From: an uncultured Pseudomonadales bacterium
GTDB lineage: Bacteria > Pseudomonadota > Gammaproteobacteria > Pseudomonadales > JANQJO01
Reading direction: 5' to 3'
Length of the DNA stretch: 64,000 nucleotides
Assembly: GCA_964510525.1 (NCBI GenBank)
Contig: CAZECE010000060.1
Coordinates: forward strand, 17,586-81,585
Positions 19,638 through 29,742 of this stretch are shown here, piece after piece. A program made the position numbers and the translations under genes. Below the pieces are notes generated by a model, which had not been told where the DNA came from, searched no databases, and saw only the letters and a list, made by a program, of their open reading frames with translations. Positions within the stretch are counted from its first letter, which is position 1. Each line of letters starts with the position of its first letter.

Positions 19638-20057
19638 TCATAACGTTGTTTTAAATATCAGTTCATCGTCATCAAAGTATTTAAACTCCAAAGTATTTCC
19701 CGATGGGTCGTTGATAAAAAAAGTCCCTTGTTCGCCTGGTTTACCTTGAAAGCGAATCTTGGGGGCTATTAAAAATGCCACGCTGTGCTGTTCTATTCGG
19801 TCTATTAACGACTGCCAAGTATCTGCTTTTAGGATGACGCCAAAGTGTGGGACCGGTATGGTATCACCATCAACAGGGTTCTCTGCTAGGGATTCGATAG
19901 GTGCCTTACTGAGATGCGCGGATAGCTGGTGCCCGAAGAAGTCGAAATCCATCCAGCGCTCGTCGTAGCGCCCAACGGAGCAGCCCAATACGGTGGTATA
20001 AAAGTGATGGGTCTTTTTTAAATCGTGAACAGGAAAGGCATAATGAAAAGGGCGCAT
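19638..20057 (-). CDS. VOC (glyoxalase/bleomycin-resistance/dioxygenase) family protein
   Basis: 139 aa. MRPFHYAFPVHDLKKTHHFYTTVLGC...FFINDPSGNTLEFK is a typical VOC beta-alpha-beta-beta-beta pattern. Confidence 0.8.
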   Translation of the reverse strand: MRPFHYAFPVHDLKKTHHFYTTVLGCSVGRYDERWMDFDFFGHQLSAHLSKAPIESLAENPVDGDTIPVPHFGVILKADTWQSLIDRIEQHSVAFLIAPKIRFQGKPGEQGTFFINDPSGNTLEFKYFDDDELIFKTTL

Positions 20058-20178
20058 TTGAATACCAAGTTACGTTAGATTGAATGGGTCGGAGCTATCT
20101 TTGTGAGTTCATGGTGTTGTGAATGTAATTACTTCAGCGATGATATATGTATCAGCAAAAGACGTTAATCATTATTTA

Positions 20179-20209
20179 AATAATGTACGGATTGGTGCTG
20201 TACATTATT
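20179..20209 (+). promoter_or_regulatory. Inverted repeat (candidate operator) upstream of the decayed TacA-like gene
   Basis: AATAATGTAC-11 nt-GTACATTATT is a perfect 10-bp inverted repeat. It shares the ATGTAC/GTACAT half-site with the operator at 14764-14790. Confidence 0.45.
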
Positions 20210-20271
20210 GGGGTTGCTTGCTATTGTTGTTATTATTTGAACAGTTGTATAGCCGTCTAAAGGTGATGAAC

Positions 20272-20541
20272 ATGGCGACTTCTCGTATTGATATGCGGAT
20301 TGATGAAACGGTGAAAGCGGCTGCAGAAAAGGCGGCGGCTTTGAAAGGCATGAGTAGCCTTACTGAATATGTGGTGAGATTAATTTAAGAAGACGCTCAT
20401 AAGGTAATTCAGCAATTTCAGTCAGTGACGGTAAAAGATGATGTATTTGATCGGTTTATCAATGCCTGCGAGGCAGCTGAAGCCCCTAATGATCAGTTAA
20501 AAGCGGCGCTGGAGTTTTCTAAAAAGCGAAAGCTGCAATGA
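20272..20541 (+). pseudogene. DUF1778 (TacA-like) antitoxin interrupted by an in-frame TAA
   Basis: MATSRIDMRIDETVKAAAEKAAALKGMSSLTEYVVRLI, then TAA (20386-20388). The same frame continues as EDAHKVIQQFQSVTVKDDVFDRFINACEAAEAPNDQLKAALEFSKKRKLQ to TGA 20539-20541. That is an 89-codon DUF1778 frame with one nonsense codon. Confidence 0.75.
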
Positions 20542-20843
20542 CGCCAGAAAAGTTCAAAAAAAAACTTCCTCGATATCCTATTCCTGTTATGTTAATTGCT
20601 CAATTGACGGTTCATCGAAATGCCCAAGGTTTTGGGCTGGGGAAAATAACGCTTATTGAAGCCATGCAACATTGCTTCCAAATCCATGGCCACCTTCCTT
20701 CTTGTGCCATTGTGGTTGATGCGATTAATGACGGTGTGAAAGCGTTTTATGAGCAATACGGTTTTCAAGTGTTAGATGACAGTAACAAGCGTGCGCGGTT
20801 GTTTATTTCCATGAAGACAGTACACCAGCTTTTTGTTTCCTAG
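20538..20843 (+). pseudogene. N-terminally truncated GNAT (TacT-like) toxin remnant
   Basis: 101 aa starting KKLPRYPIPVMLIAQLTVHRNAQGFGLG. This aligns with residue ~76 onward of the intact toxin at 13949-14458, so about 70 N-terminal residues are absent. It retains the ATGA overlap with the antitoxin frame. Confidence 0.7.
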
Positions 20844-21021
20844 ACACTTCAGCTGATAAGAGAAAGCTTCTTTAATTTAGCAAAGAGGTCATGTTGTTGA
20901 ATCTGCTCAGCGTATGTTTGATACACTGGATCTTTGAAAAGAGAGGCTATTAAAGCGCCTCGACTTAAAGTTATAATTTGACCGGCTGATTCAAATCTAT
21001 TTTCTTACAAAAGAGTATTTT

Positions 21022-21144
21022 ATGAGCAACTTTAAGGCGTTGTGTGGGGTTATATTGTGTCTCATCTTGGTCCACGGCTGTGGCCAAAAAGGGGACTTAT
21101 ATGTGCCTAAAAGCGCGATGAAAGCTCAGGTGATCAACGGATAG
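21022..21144 (+). CDS. lptM: LPS-assembly lipoprotein LptM (YifL/LppL family)
   Basis: 40-aa ORF below the track cutoff: MSNFKALCGVILCLILVHGCGQKGDLYVPKSAMKAQVING. It has a lipobox plus the conserved GxKGxLYxP motif. It sits just upstream of lysA-dapF, as in E. coli and Pseudomonas. Confidence 0.8.
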   Translation: MSNFKALCGVILCLILVHGCGQKGDLYVPKSAMKAQVING

Positions 21145-21152
21145 GAAACCCT

Positions 21153-22433
21153 ATGGATGCATTTAATTACCGAGAGGCCAACTTGTTTGCTGAAGAGGTA
21201 CCAGTTGACTCAATAGCAGAACGTTTTGGAACGCCTTGTTATGTTTATTCGGTTGACACGTTCAAACGTCACTTTACAGCGTTTGCCGATCCTTTGGCGG
21301 CCTCTGGTGTGCCGCATCAGATTTGTTACGCGGTTAAAGCCAATTCTAATATCGCCATTTTAAAGTTATTGGCTGATTTGGGCAGTGGCTTTGATGTGGT
21401 GTCGATGGGTGAATTGCAACGTGTGTTGGCGGCCGGTGGTGAGGCCGGTAAAACCATTTTTTCAGGAGTTGGAAAATCCGTTGAAGAAATTCGCTTTGCG
21501 CTTGAAGTGGGTATCGAATGCTTGAACGTTGAGTCTGTGGCTGAGCTGGATCGCATTGCCAACATTGCTAAAAGCATGGGGGTACAAGCGCCCATAGCAA
21601 TTCGAGTGAACCCGGATGTGGATGCCAACACGCATCCTTATATAGCAACGGGTTTAAAAGAAAATAAGTTTGGTGTTGAGATGGGGCAAGCGGAAGCTCT
21701 GTGTCAGCAGGCGCACGCCAACGATCACCTGAAATTGCTGGGAGTGGGTTGCCATATTGGTTCTCAATTATTGTCTGTTGAGCCCTTTGTGGAAGCCGTC
21801 GGTCGAGTTTTAGGGTTATACCAGCGGTTGCAATCGGTTGGCATTACGTTAACGCAGCTGGATTTTGGGGGCGGGCTTGGCGTTCCGTACCAAGGGGAAG
21901 AGCCGCCTAGTCCAAAGTCGTACATTGAGGCTATTGTGGCCAAGCTCGCCGAGTTTTCTTTAAACCCAGCTCCAAAACTGATGTTTGAGCCGGGGCGTGC
22001 TATTGCTGCCAATGCGGGCATTTTGGTAACTCGGGTGGAGTATCTCAAACCTACCCAAGAAAAAGACTTTGTTGTGGTCGATGCGGCAATGAACGATCTA
22101 TTACGTCCCAGCTTGTATTCCGCCTGGCAAGAAATTGTGCCGGTTGATAAAGCCTTGGCAGGCGAAACCATCACTGGCGATATCGTTGGACCTGTCTGTG
22201 AGACAGGCGATTTTCTGGGTAAAGAAAGAGAGGTGCTGGTGGCTGAAGGGAGTTTGCTGGCCGTGCGCACGGCAGGGGCTTACGGGTTCACGATGAGTTC
22301 GAATTACAATACCCGCAACCGTGCGGCCGAAGTCTTGGTTGATGGAAGTGACGTGATGTTGATACGGCAACGCGAATGCTTTGACGATCAAATTCGCTTA
22401 GAAACCGTTACGCCTGAAAGGCACCGTTTATGA
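21153..22433 (+). CDS. lysA: Diaminopimelate decarboxylase
   Basis: PLP-lysine region CYAVKANSN, GGGLGVPY, and C-terminal GAYGFTMSSNYNTR. Confidence 0.96.
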   Translation: MDAFNYREANLFAEEVPVDSIAERFGTPCYVYSVDTFKRHFTAFADPLAASGVPHQICYAVKANSNIAILKLLADLGSGFDVVSMGELQRVLAAGGEAGKTIFSGVGKSVEEIRFALEVGIECLNVESVAELDRIANIAKSMGVQAPIAIRVNPDVDANTHPYIATGLKENKFGVEMGQAEALCQQAHANDHLKLLGVGCHIGSQLLSVEPFVEAVGRVLGLYQRLQSVGITLTQLDFGGGLGVPYQGEEPPSPKSYIEAIVAKLAEFSLNPAPKLMFEPGRAIAANAGILVTRVEYLKPTQEKDFVVVDAAMNDLLRPSLYSAWQEIVPVDKALAGETITGDIVGPVCETGDFLGKEREVLVAEGSLLAVRTAGAYGFTMSSNYNTRNRAAEVLVDGSDVMLIRQRECFDDQIRLETVTPERHRL

Positions 22434-23311
22434 GCATGCTCACCTTTACCAAAATGCAGGGACTTGGCAATGACTTTATGGTGATAGAGTCTTTCACGCA
22501 ATCCTTTACACCCGATGCCGAGCGCATTAGACAGTGGTCAGATCGCCGCTTTGGCGTTGGCTTTGATCAACTGTTGTGGCTTTCTCCTGCACAGGATTCG
22601 CGGCATGTTGCCTGTTATCGAATTTTTAATGCCGATGGCACAGAGGCGATGCAATGCGGCAATGGTGCTCGCTGTATAGGCCGCTTTTTGGTAGACCGAG
22701 GGTATCATACGGGTCATGATCCTTTTACCGTTGAGATGCTCAATGGAGATGCCATTCAGATTCAACAGATATCGGTAGATCAGTATGCGATTGAAATCGG
22801 TGTGCCTGAGTTTTTACCTCAGAACATACCCTTTGATCCAACAGATGCAACCCAAGTAAACGTGGTTGCTAATCAGCAAAATCAATATCAGGTGAGTATT
22901 GAAGAGTGCGGTAAACGTCAAGACATACAGTTTGGTGTGGTTTCTTTAGGAAACCCGCATGCGGTGATTTTTGTCGAGGACCTTCAAACGACACCCGTTG
23001 CAGAGTGGGGGGCTTATATTCAACATCTTACCGCTTTCCCAGAGCAAGTGAATGTTGGGTTTGCAGAACGAACTTCCGAGCAACAAATAAAGCTGCGCGT
23101 ATTTGAGCGGGGCTCCGGAGAAACGCTGGCTTGCGGTACGGGAGCCTGTGCGGCCATGGTGATTGGCCGACAATTGGGGTTATTGGATTCGACAGTAATG
23201 GTGGAGCAGCAGGGTGGAAAGAGTCAGATTTCTTGGAAAAAGGAAGGCGATTCGGTGAGCTTGGTTGGGCCTGCGGAGGACGTCTTTCAGGCCCAGCTGT
23301 CTATCGCTTAA
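22430..23311 (+). CDS. dapF: Diaminopimelate epimerase
   Basis: FTKMQGLGNDFMV and the two catalytic Cys motifs NADGTEAMQCGNGARC and ACGTGACA. ATGA overlap with lysA. Confidence 0.96.
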   Translation: MSMLTFTKMQGLGNDFMVIESFTQSFTPDAERIRQWSDRRFGVGFDQLLWLSPAQDSRHVACYRIFNADGTEAMQCGNGARCIGRFLVDRGYHTGHDPFTVEMLNGDAIQIQQISVDQYAIEIGVPEFLPQNIPFDPTDATQVNVVANQQNQYQVSIEECGKRQDIQFGVVSLGNPHAVIFVEDLQTTPVAEWGAYIQHLTAFPEQVNVGFAERTSEQQIKLRVFERGSGETLACGTGACAAMVIGRQLGLLDSTVMVEQQGGKSQISWKKEGDSVSLVGPAEDVFQAQLSIA

Positions 23312-23334
23312 AGTCGAGCGCTTAAACGTGGGTG

Positions 23335-23586
23335 TTAAATTGGGCGGCTGCCGTAGTTGGAAACCGGGCGCCTGGGTGGGTCCGCTAAAATGTTTTGTTC
23401 AATGATATTGACTTGACCGCCATTTTTTAAAAACAGCTCCATTTGTTTTTCTAACTCCAAACGTTCATGTTCTTTGGAACTCAAGCTTCGATCAGAGCCA
23501 TCATCAATGTGTTTAATAACTTTGGCATCACTTTCTGCTCGATAACCGGTGATTTCAGCGGATGGTTCTCGGTTTTCTTCAGTCAT
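23335..23586 (-). CDS. sutA: SutA-like small acidic RNA polymerase-associated regulator
   Basis: 83 aa with an acidic N-terminus. The C-terminal ...FLKNGGQVNIIEQNILADPPRRPVSNYGSRPI matches my recollection of the Pseudomonas SutA C-terminus (ADPPKKP...YGSRPI). Confidence 0.6.
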   Translation of the reverse strand: MTEENREPSAEITGYRAESDAKVIKHIDDGSDRSLSSKEHERLELEKQMELFLKNGGQVNIIEQNILADPPRRPVSNYGSRPI

Positions 23587-23773
23587 GGTTTCTCCTCCAG
23601 AAGCTCTACAAAATAATCAACGTATCTAGTTATAGACGACAATTTTAAAAATGTGAGGAATTTCGCAGGAAAAAAATGATTTTTTTGTTGGGATTTCGGT
23701 TTTTTTGTGTAATTTTCAGTGGCAGTTACTGAGATTTAGGATAGGAACGGGGATTGAGGCTATTAGCCAAAAT

Positions 23774-24469
23774 TTAAGGTAATAGGACTCGAATTCTTGC
23801 GCCGTTTAAGCTTGAGTGGTTATCCAAAAGCAGATGCCCGGCGGTGCCTTTTTGATTTTTATGGCTTTTTACTATGGCATTGGCCATGTAGAGGCCAAGT
23901 CCCGATTTGTGCTGCCTGAAGTTGCCGGGTTTGAGTTGATCGATCGGTTGCTCGAGTAGTTCGGCCGGGAAGCCAGGGCCATTGTCTTCAATAATGATCC
24001 AGGCACTTTGCGGATCGTCTTTTTCTGCTTCGCTGCTTAAGTGAATCTGAGAGGCGCCCGCTTGCAGTGCGTTATAAATAAAAGTGTCTAAGACGTTAAT
24101 CATCAAGGCTTCATCAAAGCATGGACACAGATCTGTGGTGTCATCAAACGTCAGCTGTATTTGATTTTTGAGACTTTGATGTCGGATGCTGGCTTCTTCA
24201 AAAAAATCGACTAGATCGTGATAATCCAATCGTAGTTGATAAGCGGTTTGACTTTTATAGCCTTGAAGCAATTGACCCAAACGAAAATTTAAGCATTGAA
24301 ATTGTGCGTCCAGATATTGTGATTCTGCGTCCTCAGCACTGAGGGCGGCTTTTTCTTTCAGGCCTTCAACGGCATTCATTACTTGGCCGAGTTGGTTTTT
24401 GATTTCATGCAGTGTACTTGCCATAAACAATTGCTGAATTTCAGACTGAGGGCTGGGCGATGCTGTCAT
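23774..24469 (-). CDS. Soluble minimal histidine kinase (HisKA + HATPase_c only)
   Basis: 231 aa with no TM. H-box STLHEIKNQLGQV, N-box FIYNALQAG, G1 EDNGPGFP, G2 SGLGLYMA. No response regulator is adjacent. Confidence 0.8.
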   Translation of the reverse strand: MTASPSPQSEIQQLFMASTLHEIKNQLGQVMNAVEGLKEKAALSAEDAESQYLDAQFQCLNFRLGQLLQGYKSQTAYQLRLDYHDLVDFFEEASIRHQSLKNQIQLTFDDTTDLCPCFDEALMINVLDTFIYNALQAGASQIHLSSEAEKDDPQSAWIIIEDNGPGFPAELLEQPIDQLKPGNFRQHKSGLGLYMANAIVKSHKNQKGTAGHLLLDNHSSLNGARIRVLLP

Positions 24470-24546
24470 TTGAATATTCTCGAAAACGCAGAAAGACTAT
24501 GGAGCCGGAAGACTATTAACGAGTATAGCGGATCAGAATAGCGATT

Positions 24547-25998
24547 TTATCGTCGCCAAAACATCGGGCTGAAAAGAATCAGTAAGGTGAAGACTTCAAG
24601 CCGCCCCAGCAGCATGGCAAAACACAAAATCCATTTGGCGGGGGTATTGATATCACCATAATGTTCCGCAACTGAGCCTAAGCCTGGGCCTAAGTTGTTG
24701 AGACTGGCGGTGATGGCAGAAAAACCGGTGACAAAGTCTAAGCCAGTGGCCAGAACGGCCAATAATAAAATAGAAAAGACGCTGATGTAAGCGCCCACAA
24801 AGCCCCAAACCGCTTCAATGACGCGATCAGCAACGGGTTTGTTGCCTAATTTGATCGAGAAGACCCCGCTGGGGTACATCAGGCGTTTCATTTCTCGAAT
24901 GCCTTGTTTGAACATCAACAAAATTCGAATCATTTTAACGCCGCCACAGGTTGAACCGGCGCAGCCTCCCATAAAGCTGCCCATTAACAGAGCAATACTG
25001 GCCAGAACCGGCCAGTGACCGTAATTGGCGGTGGCAAACCCCGTTGTTGAGGCAATTGAAATAGTTTGGAAGAGGGCGTGGCGGAAAGTACTTTCGGCTG
25101 TGAGATAAGATTGCGCTTTGAAAAGCCCAAAAAGAGTAACGCCGAGTAAAATCAGTAAAACAAAAACAAAAAAACGGACTTCAGGGTCGTTCCAGTAATA
25201 CTCAATGGATTTTGCGCGCCAACAGAAAAAGTGCAACGCAAAATTGATGCTGGCGATAAACATGAAAAAGCAACAGACATAGTCGATGGTCGGGTTATTA
25301 AAATACCCAATGCTTTGATCATGAGTAGAAAAACCGCCGATGGCGATCGTTGAAAAGGCATGGCCAATGGCATCAAAAGGTTCCATTCCGGCTAACCAAT
25401 ACGAGCCGGCGCAAGCCACTGTCAGTGCCAAATAGATAAACCACAATACCTTGGCGGTTTCGGTGATACGAGGCGTGAGTTTGCTGTCTTTGATCGGTCC
25501 TGGCGTTTCGGCTCGATACAGCTGCATACCTCCAATTCCCAGCATCGGCAGAATAGCGACAGCCAACACAATGATGCCCATGCCGCCTAGCCACTGAAGT
25601 TGCTGTCGATAATACAAAATAGATCTCGGTAGCTGATCCAGTTGGGTGAGCACGGTTGCACCTGTTGTGGTGAGACCGGATAGGGATTCAAAAACGGCGT
25701 CTGTAAAACTCATATTGAGGGCGCTCGATAATAAAAACGGGGTGGCGCCTGAGATACCCAGAACCGTCCAGAACATGACAACAATTACAAAGCCATCTCG
25801 AGTACGCAGCTCTTGGTTGTGATTGTGGACTGGGAACCAGCACAAAATGCCTGAAATTAAGTTAATGACAAACGCACTGAAAAAAACAGTGGCGCTACCA
25901 TCCTCGTAATACAAGGAAACAAACAAGGGTGGGATCATCGTGATGCTGTAAAGCATCAATAAAATGCCAAGAACCTTGAGAATGATGGATTTGTGCAT
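24547..25998 (-). CDS. trkH: Trk-type potassium uptake protein TrkH
   Basis: 483 aa, polytopic, with selectivity-filter-like repeats (TTTGATV, TGFAT, GGFST). Confidence 0.93.
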   Translation of the reverse strand: MHKSIILKVLGILLMLYSITMIPPLFVSLYYEDGSATVFFSAFVINLISGILCWFPVHNHNQELRTRDGFVIVVMFWTVLGISGATPFLLSSALNMSFTDAVFESLSGLTTTGATVLTQLDQLPRSILYYRQQLQWLGGMGIIVLAVAILPMLGIGGMQLYRAETPGPIKDSKLTPRITETAKVLWFIYLALTVACAGSYWLAGMEPFDAIGHAFSTIAIGGFSTHDQSIGYFNNPTIDYVCCFFMFIASINFALHFFCWRAKSIEYYWNDPEVRFFVFVLLILLGVTLFGLFKAQSYLTAESTFRHALFQTISIASTTGFATANYGHWPVLASIALLMGSFMGGCAGSTCGGVKMIRILLMFKQGIREMKRLMYPSGVFSIKLGNKPVADRVIEAVWGFVGAYISVFSILLLAVLATGLDFVTGFSAITASLNNLGPGLGSVAEHYGDINTPAKWILCFAMLLGRLEVFTLLILFSPMFWRR

Positions 25999-26013
25999 AG
26001 TGGTGTTTGAAAA

Positions 26014-27387
26014 CTAAAAAAAGTTAAGCCCCACTTGGAACAAGGATTCCACGTCTCTAATGCGGCTTTTATCAATGAGAAACATAATGACATGGTCATC
26101 GGCTTCTACGACGATGTCATCGTGTGCAATTAACACTTTGTCATTACGCACAATGGCCCCGATGTTGGTACCCTCAGGAAGATCAATTTCGGCGATGGTG
26201 CGGCCAACGACTTTAGAGGATTTGGAGTCGCCATGAGCGATCGCTTCAATGGCCTCGGCGGCGCCGCGACGTAAGGAGTGTACGTTCACCACATCCCCTC
26301 GTCGAACATGTGCCAGCAGACTCCCGATCGTTGCCAACTGGGGTGAGATGGCAATATCGATGTCGCCGCCTTGAACCAAATCGACGTACGCAGTATTGTT
26401 GATTAATGTCATGACTTTGCGTGCGCCTAAACGTTTAGCCAACATGCTGGACATGATGTTGGCTTCATCGTCGTTGGTCAGTGCGATGAAGAGATCGGTG
26501 TCTTCGACATCCACTTCGAGCAGTAAGTCTTGGTCGGATGCGTTGCCCTGCAAGATGACGGTTTCAGCCAGTTGTTGAGCCAATATTTCACAACGTTGCT
26601 TGTTGCGCTCAATGAGCTTGACTCGGTATCTGTTTTCAATGGCTTGTGCCAGACGAGCACCAATGTTACCGCCACCGGCGATGATAATTCGCTTGTAATC
26701 GTGCTCCAAGCGGCGCAATTCACTCATAACAGCACGAATGTGATTTCGTGCCGCAATAAAAAACACTTCGTCGTCTACCTCAATCACCGTGGAGCCTTCG
26801 GGAATGATCGGACGGTCTTGACGAAAAATCGCCGCAACTCGGGTTTCAACATTGGGCATGTGTTGGCGTAAATAACTCAATGCTTGCCCTACGAGTGGGC
26901 CACCATAGAAGGCTTTAACGGCAACCAGCTGGACTTTCCCGCCGGCAAAATCGAGCACCTGCAAGGCGCCAGGGTGCTCGAGCAGCCGCTTAACGTAATT
27001 GGTAACCACTTGCTCTGGGCTGATGATAACGTCGATGGGAATGTTGTCGTTTGAAAACAGTTGTCCGTACTGAAGGTAACTGATAGACCTTACTCGGGCA
27101 ATTTTAGTCGGCACACGAAACAGTGAGTAGGCCAGCTGGCAAGCAAACATATTAATTTCATCACTGTTGGTTACCGCAATCAGCATGTCGGCTTCATCGG
27201 CGCCAGCTTTTTTCAGAACATTGGGGTAGCAGGCATAGCCTTCCAGCGTGCGTATATCGAGCCGATCTTGCAGCTCTCGGAGTTTTTGCACGTCCGTATC
27301 GACGATGGTGATGTCGTTGGCTTCGTGAGCTAAGTTATCGGCCAGCGAACTGCCGACTTGCCCAGCACCTAAAATGATGATTCTCAT
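26014..27387 (-). CDS. trkA: Trk system NAD-binding subunit TrkA
   Basis: 457 aa with two RCK/Rossmann units ([14 protein letters not shown] and [14 protein letters not shown]). Confidence 0.95.
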   Translation of the reverse strand: MRIIILGAGQVGSSLADNLAHEANDITIVDTDVQKLRELQDRLDIRTLEGYACYPNVLKKAGADEADMLIAVTNSDEINMFACQLAYSLFRVPTKIARVRSISYLQYGQLFSNDNIPIDVIISPEQVVTNYVKRLLEHPGALQVLDFAGGKVQLVAVKAFYGGPLVGQALSYLRQHMPNVETRVAAIFRQDRPIIPEGSTVIEVDDEVFFIAARNHIRAVMSELRRLEHDYKRIIIAGGGNIGARLAQAIENRYRVKLIERNKQRCEILAQQLAETVILQGNASDQDLLLEVDVEDTDLFIALTNDDEANIMSSMLAKRLGARKVMTLINNTAYVDLVQGGDIDIAISPQLATIGSLLAHVRRGDVVNVHSLRRGAAEAIEAIAHGDSKSSKVVGRTIAEIDLPEGTNIGAIVRNDKVLIAHDDIVVEADDHVIMFLIDKSRIRDVESLFQVGLNFF

Positions 27388-27397
27388 AAGGGTATGA

Positions 27398-28696
27398 TTA
27401 TGGCACCTTTTTCAGTAACGCGTAATAAAAGCCGTCAGGGCCTGAAGGGCTGGGTAAAATTTGTAAACCTGTTGCGTTGCTCATGGGAATACTCGATGCC
27501 AGGGGAGGCAGTGGCATCAAGTGGGCATCAGGGGTTGTGTTTAAAAAGTGGCTGATTTGCTCACTGTTCTCAGCCGGTAAAATCGAGCAAGTGGCGTATA
27601 GCAATAACCCTCCTGGTTTGAGATGGGGCCAGAGGTGGTGTAGCAATTGCCTTTGTTGTTCGGCCAACGCTGGGATGTCTTCGGGTTTTCGTAACAGCAG
27701 GATGTCAGGGTGTCTCCGAGTAATGCCGCTTGCCGAGCAAGGGGCATCCAACAAAATACGATCGTAATCCGTTTGTTGCCATTTTGAGTTGGTTTGAGTG
27801 GCATCGGTGACATACAGTCGGTAACGTGACGTTTCAATTTGGTGTCTGGCAAGGTTCTCTTCGATTTTTTTTGCGCGAGCGGCGTCTTTTTCCAGCAGCA
27901 CTAATGCATCAATATCGGGGCAAGTCTCTAAGATACTCAAGCTTTTCCCGCCAGGGGCTGCGCAGGCATCCAGAACGCGGAGCCCTGGCTGCAAATCAAG
28001 AAAGGACGATGCCAACTGAGCCGATTCATCTTGAACCGCAAACAACCCATCTGAAAACCCAGGGAGTGTGGTGATATCAGGTGGTTTTTCCAGGGTGATG
28101 GCCATCTCACTGAGCTGTCCGAGAGTGCCCTGGATTCCCGCTGAGGCGAGCTGGGCCAAGTAATCGATACGTGAGGTTTTGGTGGGGTTGATGCGCAGTG
28201 TTGTTGCAGCGGCTTGTAAATGGGCCTGGGTAATATCCGGGATGGCTTGAGACCAATGGCTCTGTATGTGTGACTGAAACCATTCGGGAAACACCGGCGA
28301 TTTGGGGGCATTGCCGGTTTGGGGTTTTAAATCCTCTGTTTTGGCTTGCTGAAGAACCGCATTGATCAACTTTTTGGCCCAGATCTTTTTTCGGGATTTT
28401 GCCAGTTCCGTGGTTTCATTGATGGCGGCGTAATCGGGAATATTCAACCAGTGGAGTTGATAGAGGCCGAGTAATAAGATCAGCTGGATGTCCTGGTCTT
28501 TTTTCTTGAGCGGTTTTTTTAAAAAGGTACTGAGTTGGTTTTGCAGGTAAACGTGCCATCGGCAAACGCCAACACACAATGCTTTGCGCAACGCTTCATC
28601 TTGATCAGAAACCGGCGTATTCGACAGCGCGCTTGGTAATGATTGACCTTGAGTGACTTTGATCAGAGTCTTAAGAGCCGAGAGGCGAGCTTTCAT
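27398..28696 (-). CDS. rsmB: 16S rRNA (cytosine967-C5)-methyltransferase
   Basis: SAM motif [11 protein letters not shown] and catalytic DAPCSASG and TCS. It follows fmt, as in the conserved fmt-rsmB-trkA order. Confidence 0.93.
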   Translation of the reverse strand: MKARLSALKTLIKVTQGQSLPSALSNTPVSDQDEALRKALCVGVCRWHVYLQNQLSTFLKKPLKKKDQDIQLILLLGLYQLHWLNIPDYAAINETTELAKSRKKIWAKKLINAVLQQAKTEDLKPQTGNAPKSPVFPEWFQSHIQSHWSQAIPDITQAHLQAAATTLRINPTKTSRIDYLAQLASAGIQGTLGQLSEMAITLEKPPDITTLPGFSDGLFAVQDESAQLASSFLDLQPGLRVLDACAAPGGKSLSILETCPDIDALVLLEKDAARAKKIEENLARHQIETSRYRLYVTDATQTNSKWQQTDYDRILLDAPCSASGITRRHPDILLLRKPEDIPALAEQQRQLLHHLWPHLKPGGLLLYATCSILPAENSEQISHFLNTTPDAHLMPLPPLASSIPMSNATGLQILPSPSGPDGFYYALLKKVP

Positions 28697-29742
28697 GAGT
28701 GGGTTTTCTGCTGTTCTGGTGTGGTGGAGAAAAAGCAGCTACCCACAGGAAACCAATGGGCTTTACTGTTGAGTAAATCGGAAACCCGAATGGCTTTACT
28801 GCCAGGTAGCTGCACGTCTGTTATCGCCAGTGGTGTGTCTCCCGTAGCAACAATGAACTGTGTTTTTGAAATTGAGGTCAGTGTGCCAGGCTTAGGGGTT
28901 GAGTTAGGGTCGGCAGGCGTGGGGATGGGGTGGGCTGCCAGTATCTTGATGCGATGAGTGTCTTCTTTGGATGCAGAACTTTCCTCAGGAGGCGGTGAAA
29001 AGAAACTGAAGCAACCAGGGAAGGGGGTAAAGGCACGTAATTTTTGCAGGATGGTTTGCGCTGGTAAAGACCAATCAATCATACCCTCGCTCTTGGTAAT
29101 TTTGTGCGCGTAAGTGGCGCCAGATTCGGGCTGAGGTTGGCCGTTACACTCGGATTGAATGTGTTCAAAATGGCCGTCTTGATCTAACAGCCTTTGCCAA
29201 TGGTCGAGCCAATGGATCAGCAGTTGGATGCTGGCCGTATTCAATTTTTGCTCAAGGGTGGCGGTATTGTCTGTTTCGGAGATGCTAACGGGCGTGGTGG
29301 CTATCACAGGGCCGGTATCGAGCCCTGCATCCATTCGCATTAAGCTGACCCCCGTTTCGGTATCGCCCGCTTCAATGGCGCGCTGAATAGGGGCGGCGCC
29401 ACGCCATCTGGGCAATAAAGAGGTGTGGATATTGAGGCAACCAAAACGAGGAATGTTAAGGAAGCTTTCGGGCAGCAGTAAGCCATAGGCCACCACGATG
29501 ATCAGGTCTGGTGTTTCCTGCGCGACCCTCTCGAGCGTCTCGGCGTCAATTTTGACGGGTTGCAGCACTGGAATGGAATGTGTTTCAGCTAACGCCTTAA
29601 CCGGACTGGGTTTGAGCTTTCGGCCTCGTCCCGCGGGGCGGTCGGGTTGGGTCAGCACCAGCGAAACGTGATGATCAGAAGCCAATAAGGCGGCGAGGAT
29701 GTGTTCTGAAAAAACGGGGGTGCCCGCAAAAATAAGCTTCAT
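28693..29742 (-). CDS. fmt: Methionyl-tRNA formyltransferase
   Basis: MKLIFAGTPVFS plus NIHTSLLPRWRGAAPIQRAI. At 349 aa it is somewhat longer than the ~315 aa typical, with low-complexity insertions in the C-terminal half. Confidence 0.93.
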   Translation of the reverse strand: MKLIFAGTPVFSEHILAALLASDHHVSLVLTQPDRPAGRGRKLKPSPVKALAETHSIPVLQPVKIDAETLERVAQETPDLIIVVAYGLLLPESFLNIPRFGCLNIHTSLLPRWRGAAPIQRAIEAGDTETGVSLMRMDAGLDTGPVIATTPVSISETDNTATLEQKLNTASIQLLIHWLDHWQRLLDQDGHFEHIQSECNGQPQPESGATYAHKITKSEGMIDWSLPAQTILQKLRAFTPFPGCFSFFSPPPEESSASKEDTHRIKILAAHPIPTPADPNSTPKPGTLTSISKTQFIVATGDTPLAITDVQLPGSKAIRVSDLLNSKAHWFPVGSCFFSTTPEQQKTHS

